This document shows, in pieces, positions 15,553 through 24,796 of a DNA stretch of 64,000 nucleotides. The notes beneath the pieces were generated by a model. That model had not been told where the DNA came from. It ran no database searches and was given only the letters and a program-made list of their open reading frames with translations. Each line of letters begins with the position of its first letter. Position 1 is the first letter of the stretch. Origin of the DNA: an uncultured Candidatus Poseidoniales archaeon (GTDB lineage Archaea > Thermoplasmatota > Poseidoniia > Poseidoniales > Thalassarchaeaceae); assembly GCA_964645485.1 (NCBI GenBank), contig CAZXZO010000005.1, forward strand, positions 10,290-74,289, in the 5' to 3' direction. The translations under genes were made by a program, and so were the position numbers.

Positions 15553-17856
15553 ATGAAAATGCTAATAGTTGAATCAAAAGCCAAAGCCAAGACCATACAA
15601 AAATATCTCGGGAAGACCTACTTGGTTCGAGCCTGTAATGGGCACGTTCAAGATTTACCTACAGGGAAACACAAGGACGCTAGAAAAGCAATGTGGGCCT
15701 CAAAAGAAGATAGCCTTCCACAACCGCCGTGGGATTTCACACAGCGGGCGAAAAAAACTGTTGATATGCTTCAAAAGGATGCTAGCAAAGCGAATGTTGA
15801 TGAAATTTTACTAGCAACTGACCCAGATAGAGAAGGGGAATTCATTGCTTGGAGGCTGAGTGAATTACTAGGTGATATTGCACCTTGCCGCCGAATAATC
15901 TTCCATGAGATTACAATGCCGGCAATAGAAGAAGCAATTTCAGCAGCAGCTGAAATTGATATCAATTTAGTCGATGCTGCTAAGGTCCGAAGATTCATGG
16001 ATAGATTAGTCGGATATCGGACCTCAAAATTTGCTCGTTCGTGGCGATTGAAATCAATGGGGCGGGTTCAGACACCGACCCTTGGATTCGTAGTTGACAA
16101 AGAGTTGGAACGGGAAGCATTCGTCCCAACTCCGTACTTCGCAGTAAAAGCAGATGCTCAAGGAATTAATTTCAATGCTAGATTCCATGAATCTGGTGAT
16201 GAGGATGCTTGGCGAGATCAAGATGGTAAATTCGATTCTAGCCGGACAAATGATGAAGCCCTAGGCAAATCTGCCTACGAGTCATTGGTCAAGGAAGATA
16301 ATTTAGTAATCTCTACCAACAAACCCTCAACTTACACAAGAAGAGCCCAGCCACCTTTTACCACCGATGCACTTCTACAATCTGCAGGCAGTAGGTGGAG
16401 TAGTTGGACTCCAAAGAGAACAATGAGAGTAGCAAGCGAACTGTATAACGCAGGTCACATCACATACATCCGAACAGATTCAACGAGGACAAGTGGAACA
16501 GCACGAACAACAGTCAAAGAATTGATTGAGAAAAGATGGGGTAGTGACCACATCGGTTCAGGCGTATTGGGTAAGCAAGATGACAGCGCGCAAGACGCGC
16601 ACGAAGCAATTCGCCCAACTAGGCCCGAAATACTTGCACCAGAAGACATTGGCAACGATGGATTACAACTCTACCAATTGATTTGGGCAAGATTCACCGC
16701 TAGTCAAATGAATAATTCAGAATATCAACGCCGCTCTTTAGTTGCTGAAGTAAATGGGTTTTCCAAGACATTGACTGGAACCTACTCTTGGCGAACACAT
16801 GCAGGTTGGGAAGCGGCGTTTGAAAACATCGCAACATCTCACCCAAAAACAACTGAGCCTGATTTCAATATTGAAGAAGGCGCATCCTTGAAAATTGACA
16901 AGAACGACGATAGCCCATCCTATATTGAGGATGAAACTAAACCACCCAGAAGATATCGCCAGCATAGTTTAGTTGCAGTGATGAAAGATCAAGGAATTGG
17001 CCGTCCATCAACATATGCAACTACAATTGCAAAATTATTGGAGCGGAAATATGTAGATGACGAAGGTGGTTCACTAGTTCCAACCGAGCAGGGACGTCTT
17101 TGTTGGTTAGAGGTTGCTCCGATGTATACCAGTCAAGATGATGAATCTCAAGTTTCTTTCTTATTCTCTGCTGAATTTACCGCAGGAATGGAAGAAAGAC
17201 TTGACGCGATTGAAGTTGGCAATAGAGGCGCACCATCTGTTTGGAACGGTTTCACACTTCATTTCAGAACACTTCATGCTACTGCACAAGAAATTAGAAG
17301 GTCAAAACCTACCCCTAATCAGATGAACAAATTCCGTCAATTAACCAGCAAGATGGCTCTGTCAGAAATCGCAGAACACCTCAACAATAGGGATGCTGAA
17401 AGCCTAACAGGCTCTGAAATGAGTGATGTAATCAAAGCACTTCTTGAGTTAGGTTCTCCTCCCGCTACTGAAAAACAAGCCAACTTCGTAATCTCACTAG
17501 TTGATGATATTGAAGGGTTAGAACTTGATGAGGCTTTAGCAACTGAAGAATTGGAAGATATTGATGAAATGACAATGGAACAGGCGAGTGCACTGATAAC
17601 CACTTTGATTGACAAGAGGGATGAAATCCCGCGTCCAGCTAGCGATAAGCAACTCAAACTAATCAAGCAAAAAATTGAACAGTTAGAATCCACAGAAGAA
17701 GACGTTTGCAAGTTAGTTGGAGTTAAGTCATTATCCGAGTTAACCGGTGGTCGCAAGGGTAATGCGAGCACCCTTATCACGGAACTTATCAACAAAACCG
17801 GAGGGCCTCGCCGCGGCAGAGGAAGAAAACGAGGCGGTAAAGGAAAAAAGAAGTGA
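15553..17856 (+). CDS. topA: DNA topoisomerase I (type IA) with a non-zinc C-terminal repeat domain and basic tail
   Basis: Toprim 'MLIVESKAKAKTIQKYLG' and 'ATDPDREGE'. Active-site Tyr region 'GHITYIRTDS'. GGAGGA box before the ATG at 15553 (track start is TTG 15520). The C-terminus has three P-x-[ST]-x-x-Q repeats and 'GGPRRGRGRKRGGKGKKK'. Confidence 0.9.
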   Translation: MKMLIVESKAKAKTIQKYLGKTYLVRACNGHVQDLPTGKHKDARKAMWASKEDSLPQPPWDFTQRAKKTVDMLQKDASKANVDEILLATDPDREGEFIAWRLSELLGDIAPCRRIIFHEITMPAIEEAISAAAEIDINLVDAAKVRRFMDRLVGYRTSKFARSWRLKSMGRVQTPTLGFVVDKELEREAFVPTPYFAVKADAQGINFNARFHESGDEDAWRDQDGKFDSSRTNDEALGKSAYESLVKEDNLVISTNKPSTYTRRAQPPFTTDALLQSAGSRWSSWTPKRTMRVASELYNAGHITYIRTDSTRTSGTARTTVKELIEKRWGSDHIGSGVLGKQDDSAQDAHEAIRPTRPEILAPEDIGNDGLQLYQLIWARFTASQMNNSEYQRRSLVAEVNGFSKTLTGTYSWRTHAGWEAAFENIATSHPKTTEPDFNIEEGASLKIDKNDDSPSYIEDETKPPRRYRQHSLVAVMKDQGIGRPSTYATTIAKLLERKYVDDEGGSLVPTEQGRLCWLEVAPMYTSQDDESQVSFLFSAEFTAGMEERLDAIEVGNRGAPSVWNGFTLHFRTLHATAQEIRRSKPTPNQMNKFRQLTSKMALSEIAEHLNNRDAESLTGSEMSDVIKALLELGSPPATEKQANFVISLVDDIEGLELDEALATEELEDIDEMTMEQASALITTLIDKRDEIPRPASDKQLKLIKQKIEQLESTEEDVCKLVGVKSLSELTGGRKGNASTLITELINKTGGPRRGRGRKRGGKGKKK

Positions 17857-17922
17857 CCCTTTACAAAAATTGAAAAATCCGAGTGGCAAACTACGATAGA
17901 GGCTACCACCCCGCGTAACTTG

Positions 17923-19131
17923 ATGACGGGGCATAAAGTGGATGTTCTGATAGTCGGAGCAGGACCAGTAGGTGGCTATTTGGCCAAAATTTTGGCGACT
18001 TCCGGACTTTCGACTCTTCTTCTTGAGGAGCATAAGGAAGTTGGGCGGCCTTTCCAATGTGCTGGATTAGTGAATCCTGACGCGATGGAAAAAGTCAGTC
18101 TTGAATCAACCATTCTAACTTCTGTTTGGGGGGCGAGAATACACAGTCCAAAAGGCACCTGCGTTGAAGTAGGAGAAGAAGGGAAAGTAAGAACTCACGT
18201 GGTTTGCAGAAAATTATTCGATGAAGGTGTTGTATCTCAAGCCTTAGAGAAGGGTGCTGATTTATGGCTCGACTCACGCCCTATATCTGCTGAAGTTCGA
18301 GCAAATGATGTTGTCGTCAAAGTTGATAGATCAGGCCAAGAAATTGAAGTTGAGGCAGCACTTCTGTGTGGCGCCGATGGCGCTCATTCCTGGGTTCGCC
18401 GTCATTTCAAAATGGGGAGGCCTTCTGAATTCATGATAGGTTTTCAAGCCGAGTTGATGGGTTATTCTGGGGCGAATGGTCGACTCGACATGTACACTGG
18501 TGAAAAGGTTGCTCCGGGACTTTTTGCATGGGCGATTCCTAGTGGAAGAAGTTGGAGAATTGGCGTTTGGTCTAAGACTAATGACTTGAAGGGGAGAAGT
18601 TGTGAGCAACTTTACGAGACACTTCTAAACCATCCAATATGGAAGGAGAGATTTTCTGGCGCTAAAGAAGTTGCAAGATATTGTGGCCCACTACCATGCG
18701 GAATAGTAAAGAATCCTGTAAAAGAAAGAGTTGCTCTTTTCGGTGATGCAGTTGGCCTGTGTAAACCAACCACAGGTGGCGGGATTGGAAAAGGATTCCA
18801 ACAAATTGATGAGATGGCTGACGAACTTATCAAAGCAATACAAACCAATCGTCTTTCACTTTCTGAGATGAAGCGAATTGCGAAGCCGCTCAAAGCAATG
18901 AAAAAAGACCAGAAGAGGGCAAGAATCTTACGCGATTTATTTCTCACAGATTGTGATGATGAAAAATTGGAGAAAACGTTCAAAACATTTGCGAAACCAA
19001 ACGTAGTCGAACTAATTAACCAAAATGGTGACATTGAAAAACCGGTAAAACTTGGTATCAAGATGTTGAAGGAAGTGCCAGAGTTTAGAAGCATGGCTGC
19101 TGGAGCAACTTGGGCATTATTGAAGGGGTGA
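17923..19131 (+). CDS. Geranylgeranyl reductase family flavoprotein (digeranylgeranylglycerophospholipid reductase-like)
   Basis: 'DVLIVGAGPVGGYLAKILA' FAD fold. 'LLCGADGAHSWVRR'. 'LFGDAVGLCKPTTGGGI'. Confidence 0.85.
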   Translation: MTGHKVDVLIVGAGPVGGYLAKILATSGLSTLLLEEHKEVGRPFQCAGLVNPDAMEKVSLESTILTSVWGARIHSPKGTCVEVGEEGKVRTHVVCRKLFDEGVVSQALEKGADLWLDSRPISAEVRANDVVVKVDRSGQEIEVEAALLCGADGAHSWVRRHFKMGRPSEFMIGFQAELMGYSGANGRLDMYTGEKVAPGLFAWAIPSGRSWRIGVWSKTNDLKGRSCEQLYETLLNHPIWKERFSGAKEVARYCGPLPCGIVKNPVKERVALFGDAVGLCKPTTGGGIGKGFQQIDEMADELIKAIQTNRLSLSEMKRIAKPLKAMKKDQKRARILRDLFLTDCDDEKLEKTFKTFAKPNVVELINQNGDIEKPVKLGIKMLKEVPEFRSMAAGATWALLKG

Positions 19132-19160
19132 ATATATTGCCAAAATGGACAAAGTTGAGA

Positions 19161-20225
19161 ATGAGATTCCCTCCATTTGATGCGCCATCACACATCCCAG
19201 ATGAGATGTATCAGACAGATATTTGCTGGCAGCAAAGTGAAGACGGGGTTGAGGAATTATCTTTGGGGTCGACTGCAGGATGGTTCATTCACAGAACAAT
19301 TAGTTCTGACCAACCTAAATCCTCGAAAGTTATTTCTGAATTTGATTCAAAATCCGAAACGGAGGCTCTGCTTTCATCCCGTGTAGGTTGGGGGTTATCC
19401 CCCCACCCATTCCATTCTATAGCAAGAAAATGGATACCTTATGGGGTTATAACATTAATTTTTGCAATTGTGATGCACGTGTTAGAACCTGTGCTCTTGG
19501 GTGCTGGATTAATTTCAGAAAGGTTTGCAGGCAGTATCAACCTCGGCCTTCTGGATTATCCAATTTTATTCGTTATGGCAGCACCTTTTGTTGTAATTCC
19601 GATAGTTCTCAGAGTATTGGGTAATGTCGCTGATATCAGAAACCAGCACATGTTCAAAAAAAATTTACCACCTGCGCCAAAAATCGAGGTCAGCAATTCG
19701 CTAACGGATGGCCCGATAATGGTTAAAGTGACAATTCCTGAAAAATTTAAAAACCGTCAATTGAAGGGCTTTGTTAGGGTTGGATTGTTACCTCCACATC
19801 GTGATGCGATGATGACTGCACTTACTGGAGAGGACTTTGATTATCCTCCTGTAGGTCTATCCACTCCTCTTCCTATTGGCTGGATGAAGCGCGCTGATGA
19901 TGGGTCTGGAATTGGTGAATCTACACCAATGCTGATTGGTAGAGGGTCTAGTAGCCTTTTTATCGAACCAATGAGAATCCAAGTAAGGGGAGGAATACAA
20001 TCTATCTCTTCTGATGAAGAAGTTGAATTAGAGACTCCAGAAGGACCTTGGCCACCAAGTGAATATGGGCCATTTGTTAACATTAATTGGGAATTAGTCC
20101 TCGAATTCCATAGAAGTGGCAAACGGCCACTTTACTGGATAGAGAGACTCAACGTAGAATCCTCAGCGACTTTGCACAGCGTTCCACACCTAATTGCACA
20201 TGGTGGGCGCTTGGAATCAACATGA
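19161..20225 (+). CDS. Hypothetical membrane protein with beta-rich C-terminal domain
   Basis: Two to three TM helices ('YGVITLIFAIVMHVLEPVLLGAGLI', 'ILFVMAAPFVVIPIVLRVL'). Start uncertain: the track start 19110 overlaps the upstream gene, and the first in-frame ATG is 19161. Confidence 0.45.
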   Translation: MRFPPFDAPSHIPDEMYQTDICWQQSEDGVEELSLGSTAGWFIHRTISSDQPKSSKVISEFDSKSETEALLSSRVGWGLSPHPFHSIARKWIPYGVITLIFAIVMHVLEPVLLGAGLISERFAGSINLGLLDYPILFVMAAPFVVIPIVLRVLGNVADIRNQHMFKKNLPPAPKIEVSNSLTDGPIMVKVTIPEKFKNRQLKGFVRVGLLPPHRDAMMTALTGEDFDYPPVGLSTPLPIGWMKRADDGSGIGESTPMLIGRGSSSLFIEPMRIQVRGGIQSISSDEEVELETPEGPWPPSEYGPFVNINWELVLEFHRSGKRPLYWIERLNVESSATLHSVPHLIAHGGRLEST

Positions 20226-20280
20226 TTTACAGTTCACTGTTATTGCCAACGTATTTGACTTGCCACGCGCTCGGTAAAGC

Positions 20281-23200
20281 GTGAATAGAAAGGCTGTACT
20301 CTCATCAATGTTGATTTTCGTCTTACTTTTTTCAGGGTGCTTAGGTTTCCTTAGTGATGACACCGGTGATGTTGTCACAATAGATGAAGATCCCCTGATT
20401 AGTGCTAATGAAGTCGATGATATCAACTATGGCGGCTCTGTGTTCGTGAGTGGGACTGTTACTGATGAATTGCCGACCGAAGCACGAGTAACAATTGCAT
20501 TCTCAATACCTTGGGGAACAATTTACGAAACGCCTGATGAAGATGGCAATTGGCAATATAGCTTAGGTGGGCTTGAGCCTGGTGACTACAATGTGACATT
20601 TACAGTGGTTGATGATTCCGACCAATCTTCTGATACTATCACCAAGAGTTTTACCGTGCATCCACCAATAGAACAAGATGTTTTGATGGTTGTTTGGAGG
20701 TCTGATATTCGTTACGAAATTGGTGAAGAAACTTCAGTTACGGGCCAATTAACCCATTCTACACTTTCTTCGTGTACAATCTCATATTCTCTCATTTCTG
20801 AGGTGGGGGGTAATTCACCAGTTCATCAACCAATGGAAGTACCAATTAATTTTGACACTTCAAGTGGTATGTTTTCAATTTCCCTAGGTATTCTCAATGG
20901 AACTAGTAATGGTACTGTTAGGGCAAGTTGTGGGCAATATACTACTTCCGAAGATAGTGTTTTAGTTTCTTTTCAGCCTCTAGAACAACCTATATCCGAT
21001 CTTGATGGAGATGGTATAGCGGATGAATTTGATGACTGCGAGGACGGTGAATCATTCTCATCTTCTTTGACTACAGACTATGATTCTGATGGCTGTTATG
21101 ACCTTACTGAGGACCTTGATGACGATAATGACGGAATAGGTGATACAATTGATAATTGCCAAAAGGGAATTCTTGGCTGGATATCTACTCCAGCAGTTGA
21201 CAAAGATAGTGACGGCTGTAGAGATGTGGATGAAGATGATGATGACGATGGGGATACAATCCTAGATGCTGAAGATTCTTGTTTAGATTCACCTTATGGA
21301 TGGATATCCAACTTTGTTTCGGATTATGATCGAGATGGGTGCCGTGATTCAGGTGCCGACATAGATGATGATAATGATGGGATTGCAGATTCAGTTGATG
21401 ATTGCCCAACCGGAGTCATTGGATGGCTGCCAGACGCTCAAAATGACCAAGATTCAGATGGCTGTAGAGATGCTGATGAAGATGATGATGATGACAATGA
21501 TTCTGTTTTCGACAATAATGATTCCTGCCCAAATACACTGGCAAATTATTCTGTAAATGAGTTCGGCTGTGCTGCATACGAGTGGGATGAAGACAGTGAC
21601 GGCGTAATGGACGATACTGACGCTTGTCAAGGTACTCCAATTGGATTAGTAGTTAATGAACAAGGATGTGCTGACTTAGATGGGGATGGGGTGTTTGCAA
21701 ATATTGACCAATGTGCTGATTCACCTGCAAGATGGTCTGTTGATAGCATGGGCTGTGCAGTCATTCAAAATCCGGTTGCTTGGCATTCCGGACCTTATTC
21801 ATCTGAGCGTTTTGGCAAAGCGGCTGACTTCAATTTCGCAACAAAGTATGATGGCAATTGGCAACTTTCAAACCAATGGGATGGCAATAGCACTTACATC
21901 TTCATTTTCTTACAGAGTTCAAGTTCCTACATGAATGGTCTTTGGGGACAGAGTGTTGGCACTTTATTAGATGGGCTTCCTAAAGATTCTCACATTTTCT
22001 TTGGATCTTATGATAGCGATTGGCAATCGGATGTTGACACCATGGCAAGTAGAGTAAGTTCTTACAGAAATAGTCAGAGTGATGAGGGTAAAATTTGGGT
22101 CGATGACAACGTGCACTTCGTTTATCAGCAGGCTGGTTCAATTGGAGGAGGTCTTGGAAGTGTTATTTCATCCTGGAGCCAGTTTTACTATGGCATTGAT
22201 AGATTTCAACAATGGCGGGAGGTTGGTTCACTATACAATTGGGCGAAGACATGGTCTTCCGACCCTGACTACAGATTTGATTACCTAGCAAAAGAACCAC
22301 AGATGTGGAACGCAGAGTTCCCTGTAGAGATGCGAAAGCATGACCCAGCAATCACCGTGGTAGATTTGTGGGACGCTCAAAGGCACACAGGTGGATGGCA
22401 GGGTGGTCACAAATCATTTGCCAATGGCACATTCCCGAATGCAACCACCATGTTAACATTCAACACAATGGAAGTTTACATGCATCATGGTTGTAGTGAA
22501 AAACGGGACCGATATCAGAAGGGAGATGGAACTTGGGGTGGCTGCCATGAGTGGGATTATGACCAGCGACTGAATATTTGTCAAGAATTTGGCAACCATT
22601 CAACTTGTGGAGATGAATTTGTTAGATATATCACAACTTATGGTAGGGAAGGGAGGTGGCTGACAGATATCAGTCCATACCTCTTCATGCTCAAAGATGG
22701 TGGGCCAAAAGAATTCCGTTATGGTGGAGCAAATGGTGGTTGGCTCAATATCTCTGTTTATCTATCGACTTGGGATGATGATGGAATGCGGCCAACTTCA
22801 GCAGAGTATGCTTTCAGCGGTGGTTCATTCCGTGGCCAATATAACAACGAATCCCTCTACAAGAGAGTTCATGATTTAACGATACCAAACGGTACTGACA
22901 AGGTGGTAATTTCATCAGTTGTGACTGGTCACGGTTTTGGCAAAGATGATGCAAATTGTGCCGAGTTTTGTAACCACGAACATCGTTTCTTTATGAATGG
23001 GCATGTGACTCAAGAAGATTTCCCGATGGCTGGAAATGGAACAGTTGCTAGCGACCGCGAAGGTTGTGCTAAAGAGACAGATATGGGGACCGTTGCCAAT
23101 CAAAAAGGCTCGTGGCCGTACGGTCGTGCGGGATGGTGTGCTGGGCAAGACACAAAACCCTGGGTTTGGGATATTACCAATTGGGTAGACTGGTCTGGTG

Positions 23201-23460
23201 GCCCGAATTCGTTACGTTATCAGGGATTATATAATGGCGTAAACTATGTTCCACAGAACGAACAAAGTGGCGCTAATCAAGACATCAGAGTTGTCTCATA
23301 TGTGATTTATTACACCAATATCAGTGCAGGTAATTCCAGTGTACAAATGGATAATGCACCGCCTTCTCAACCATTGAATGAGGGTCAAACAAATACTGTT
23401 CAATCTTTAGAGATTGAAGCATGGATGAGAGATAAAGAATGGGCGACCATCGAGGAATAA
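20281..23460 (+). CDS. Surface lipoprotein: Ig-like N-terminal region, TSP3 calcium-binding repeats, C-terminal PNGase F-like domain
   Basis: Signal plus lipobox 'MLIFVLLFSGC'. About 12 D-x-D-x-DG-x-x-D repeats (nt ~20998-21760). C-terminal segments 'CHEWDYD', 'YITTYGREGRW', 'VTGHGFGKDDANCAEFCNHEHRFFMNG' and 'SWPYGRAGWCAGQD' parallel PNGase F 'CDEWDRY', 'FITPYW', 'ISGWGHAKPYDAGSRGCAEWCFRTH' and 'NWAPDRAGWCPG'. Confidence 0.7.
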   Translation: MNRKAVLSSMLIFVLLFSGCLGFLSDDTGDVVTIDEDPLISANEVDDINYGGSVFVSGTVTDELPTEARVTIAFSIPWGTIYETPDEDGNWQYSLGGLEPGDYNVTFTVVDDSDQSSDTITKSFTVHPPIEQDVLMVVWRSDIRYEIGEETSVTGQLTHSTLSSCTISYSLISEVGGNSPVHQPMEVPINFDTSSGMFSISLGILNGTSNGTVRASCGQYTTSEDSVLVSFQPLEQPISDLDGDGIADEFDDCEDGESFSSSLTTDYDSDGCYDLTEDLDDDNDGIGDTIDNCQKGILGWISTPAVDKDSDGCRDVDEDDDDDGDTILDAEDSCLDSPYGWISNFVSDYDRDGCRDSGADIDDDNDGIADSVDDCPTGVIGWLPDAQNDQDSDGCRDADEDDDDDNDSVFDNNDSCPNTLANYSVNEFGCAAYEWDEDSDGVMDDTDACQGTPIGLVVNEQGCADLDGDGVFANIDQCADSPARWSVDSMGCAVIQNPVAWHSGPYSSERFGKAADFNFATKYDGNWQLSNQWDGNSTYIFIFLQSSSSYMNGLWGQSVGTLLDGLPKDSHIFFGSYDSDWQSDVDTMASRVSSYRNSQSDEGKIWVDDNVHFVYQQAGSIGGGLGSVISSWSQFYYGIDRFQQWREVGSLYNWAKTWSSDPDYRFDYLAKEPQMWNAEFPVEMRKHDPAITVVDLWDAQRHTGGWQGGHKSFANGTFPNATTMLTFNTMEVYMHHGCSEKRDRYQKGDGTWGGCHEWDYDQRLNICQEFGNHSTCGDEFVRYITTYGREGRWLTDISPYLFMLKDGGPKEFRYGGANGGWLNISVYLSTWDDDGMRPTSAEYAFSGGSFRGQYNNESLYKRVHDLTIPNGTDKVVISSVVTGHGFGKDDANCAEFCNHEHRFFMNGHVTQEDFPMAGNGTVASDREGCAKETDMGTVANQKGSWPYGRAGWCAGQDTKPWVWDITNWVDWSGGPNSLRYQGLYNGVNYVPQNEQSGANQDIRVVSYVIYYTNISAGNSSVQMDNAPPSQPLNEGQTNTVQSLEIEAWMRDKEWATIEE

Positions 23461-23610
23461 TCGCCTAAGTCAAATCACTACAGAGTATAATCGCCTAAGT
23501 CCAATCACTACAGAGTATAATCGCCTAAGTCAAATTACTCCAGAGGAAAACCGCACACCTTCAATCACTGCAGAGGAAAATCGCCTAAGTTCAATCACTG
23601 CAGAGGTGGA
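23461..23610. repeat. Five tandem 30-bp repeats between convergent genes
   Basis: Units at 23461, 23491, 23521, 23551 and 23581 ('TCGCCTAAGTCAAATCACTACAGAGTATAA'; units 1 and 2 differ at 1 nt). The last unit contains the stop codon and final codons of the minus-strand radical SAM gene. Confidence 0.9.
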
Positions 23611-24758
23611 GGAGTTGGTAATGATTGAGCATCTTTCACAAGATTTGGGGTTTTTAGTAAATTGTAATCAGAGTCTCTTCTAACTGCTTTGAACCCGGCT
23701 CTGCATATTGCTTGCTGTAACTCTTCTTCTGTACACAGAACCTTTGTGGTGCCTGCAGCAGACACCACGTTCTCTTCCATCATTGTTGAACCTATATCAT
23801 CAGCGCCGCCAAACAGTGCTAACTGGGCTACATCCATTCCCATGGTCAACCAAGAGGCTTGAATGTGGTTGATGTTGTCAAAAAATAATCGAGAAACAGC
23901 AACATGGCGGAGATATTCTGCAGGTCCGACTTTTGGATTTCGCCGGCCTCTTTTACTTCGGCCAAATGCATTATTCTCTAATTGTACTGTCCATGCTATG
24001 AATGCAGTGAAACCGATGTTTCCCTGAGAGTTCGATTGGTCTTGTAATTGACGGACTTTTTCCATGTGGCCAACGCGGTGGGCGATTGTTTCACCAAATC
24101 CAATGACATTAGTAGCAGTAGTAGTAAGTCCAATAGAATGAGCTTCTCCCATTACCTTTAGCCAATTTTCCCCACTGCCCTTCAAAGGTGAAACACCTAG
24201 TCTCACATCATCAACTAACATCTCAGCGCCACCTCCTGGTAAGCCATGCATTCCTGCTTCCTTGAATCGTTGCAGGACATCTAAGGTACTCATTTCGCAA
24301 ACCTCAGCGATCCCTTCAATCTCAATTGGTGAGAAACAGTCTAAGTCAATTGAAGGATGTTCTTCTCGTAAGTAGCCCAGTAAATTTTCATACCATTCAA
24401 TTGGTAGACTTGGGTCAACCCCTCCTTGCATCAAAATTCTGGAGCCTTCAATCGCTTCAAGTTCCCTAACACGGGCACTAATCTGCTCTGTGGATTGAAG
24501 ATAGGCTTCCTCATGGCCTGGTGCTCTATAGAAGGAACAGAATTGGCAATTGATAGTACAAGCGTTTCCATAATTGATATTTCGATCTATTAGATAAGTC
24601 ACTTCGCTTGGTGGGTTTTTTTCCCGTCTCTTCTCTAGTGCTGCTTGGCGTAAAGCATTGAAATCTGCTTCTTCGTAGAGAATGATTGCATCTTCAACAG
24701 ATAATCGAGGAGCATCACCTTCAGTCTGTTGTTTGAGAATATCCATCCAAGTATTCAT
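23595..24758 (-). CDS. Radical SAM enzyme of the MqnC/MqnE/CofH family (futalosine-pathway menaquinone biosynthesis-like)
   Basis: 'NINYGNACTINCQFCSFYR' CX3CX2C cluster motif. 'LMQGGVDPSLP', 'LPGGGAEML', 'TTTATNVIGFGET', 'IQASWLTMG', 'GADDIGSTMMEENVVSAAG'. MqnC versus MqnE cannot be separated by eye. Confidence 0.8.
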   Translation of the reverse strand: MNTWMDILKQQTEGDAPRLSVEDAIILYEEADFNALRQAALEKRREKNPPSEVTYLIDRNINYGNACTINCQFCSFYRAPGHEEAYLQSTEQISARVRELEAIEGSRILMQGGVDPSLPIEWYENLLGYLREEHPSIDLDCFSPIEIEGIAEVCEMSTLDVLQRFKEAGMHGLPGGGAEMLVDDVRLGVSPLKGSGENWLKVMGEAHSIGLTTTATNVIGFGETIAHRVGHMEKVRQLQDQSNSQGNIGFTAFIAWTVQLENNAFGRSKRGRRNPKVGPAEYLRHVAVSRLFFDNINHIQASWLTMGMDVAQLALFGGADDIGSTMMEENVVSAAGTTKVLCTEEELQQAICRAGFKAVRRDSDYNLLKTPNLVKDAQSLPTPPPLQ

Positions 24759-24796
24759 GATATCACCAATTTAGATTTTCAGCATCAATAATTTAT

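Noticed and set aside
15300-15572. 90-aa plus-strand ORF in the topA upstream region.
   Set aside because: It runs through the hairpin and palindrome-containing leader into the topA start in another frame. It has no motifs and unusual composition, so it is likely non-coding leader.
17337-17909. 190-aa minus-strand ORF.
   Set aside because: It is antisense to the topA C-terminal repeat region and is low-complexity Ser/Leu-rich.
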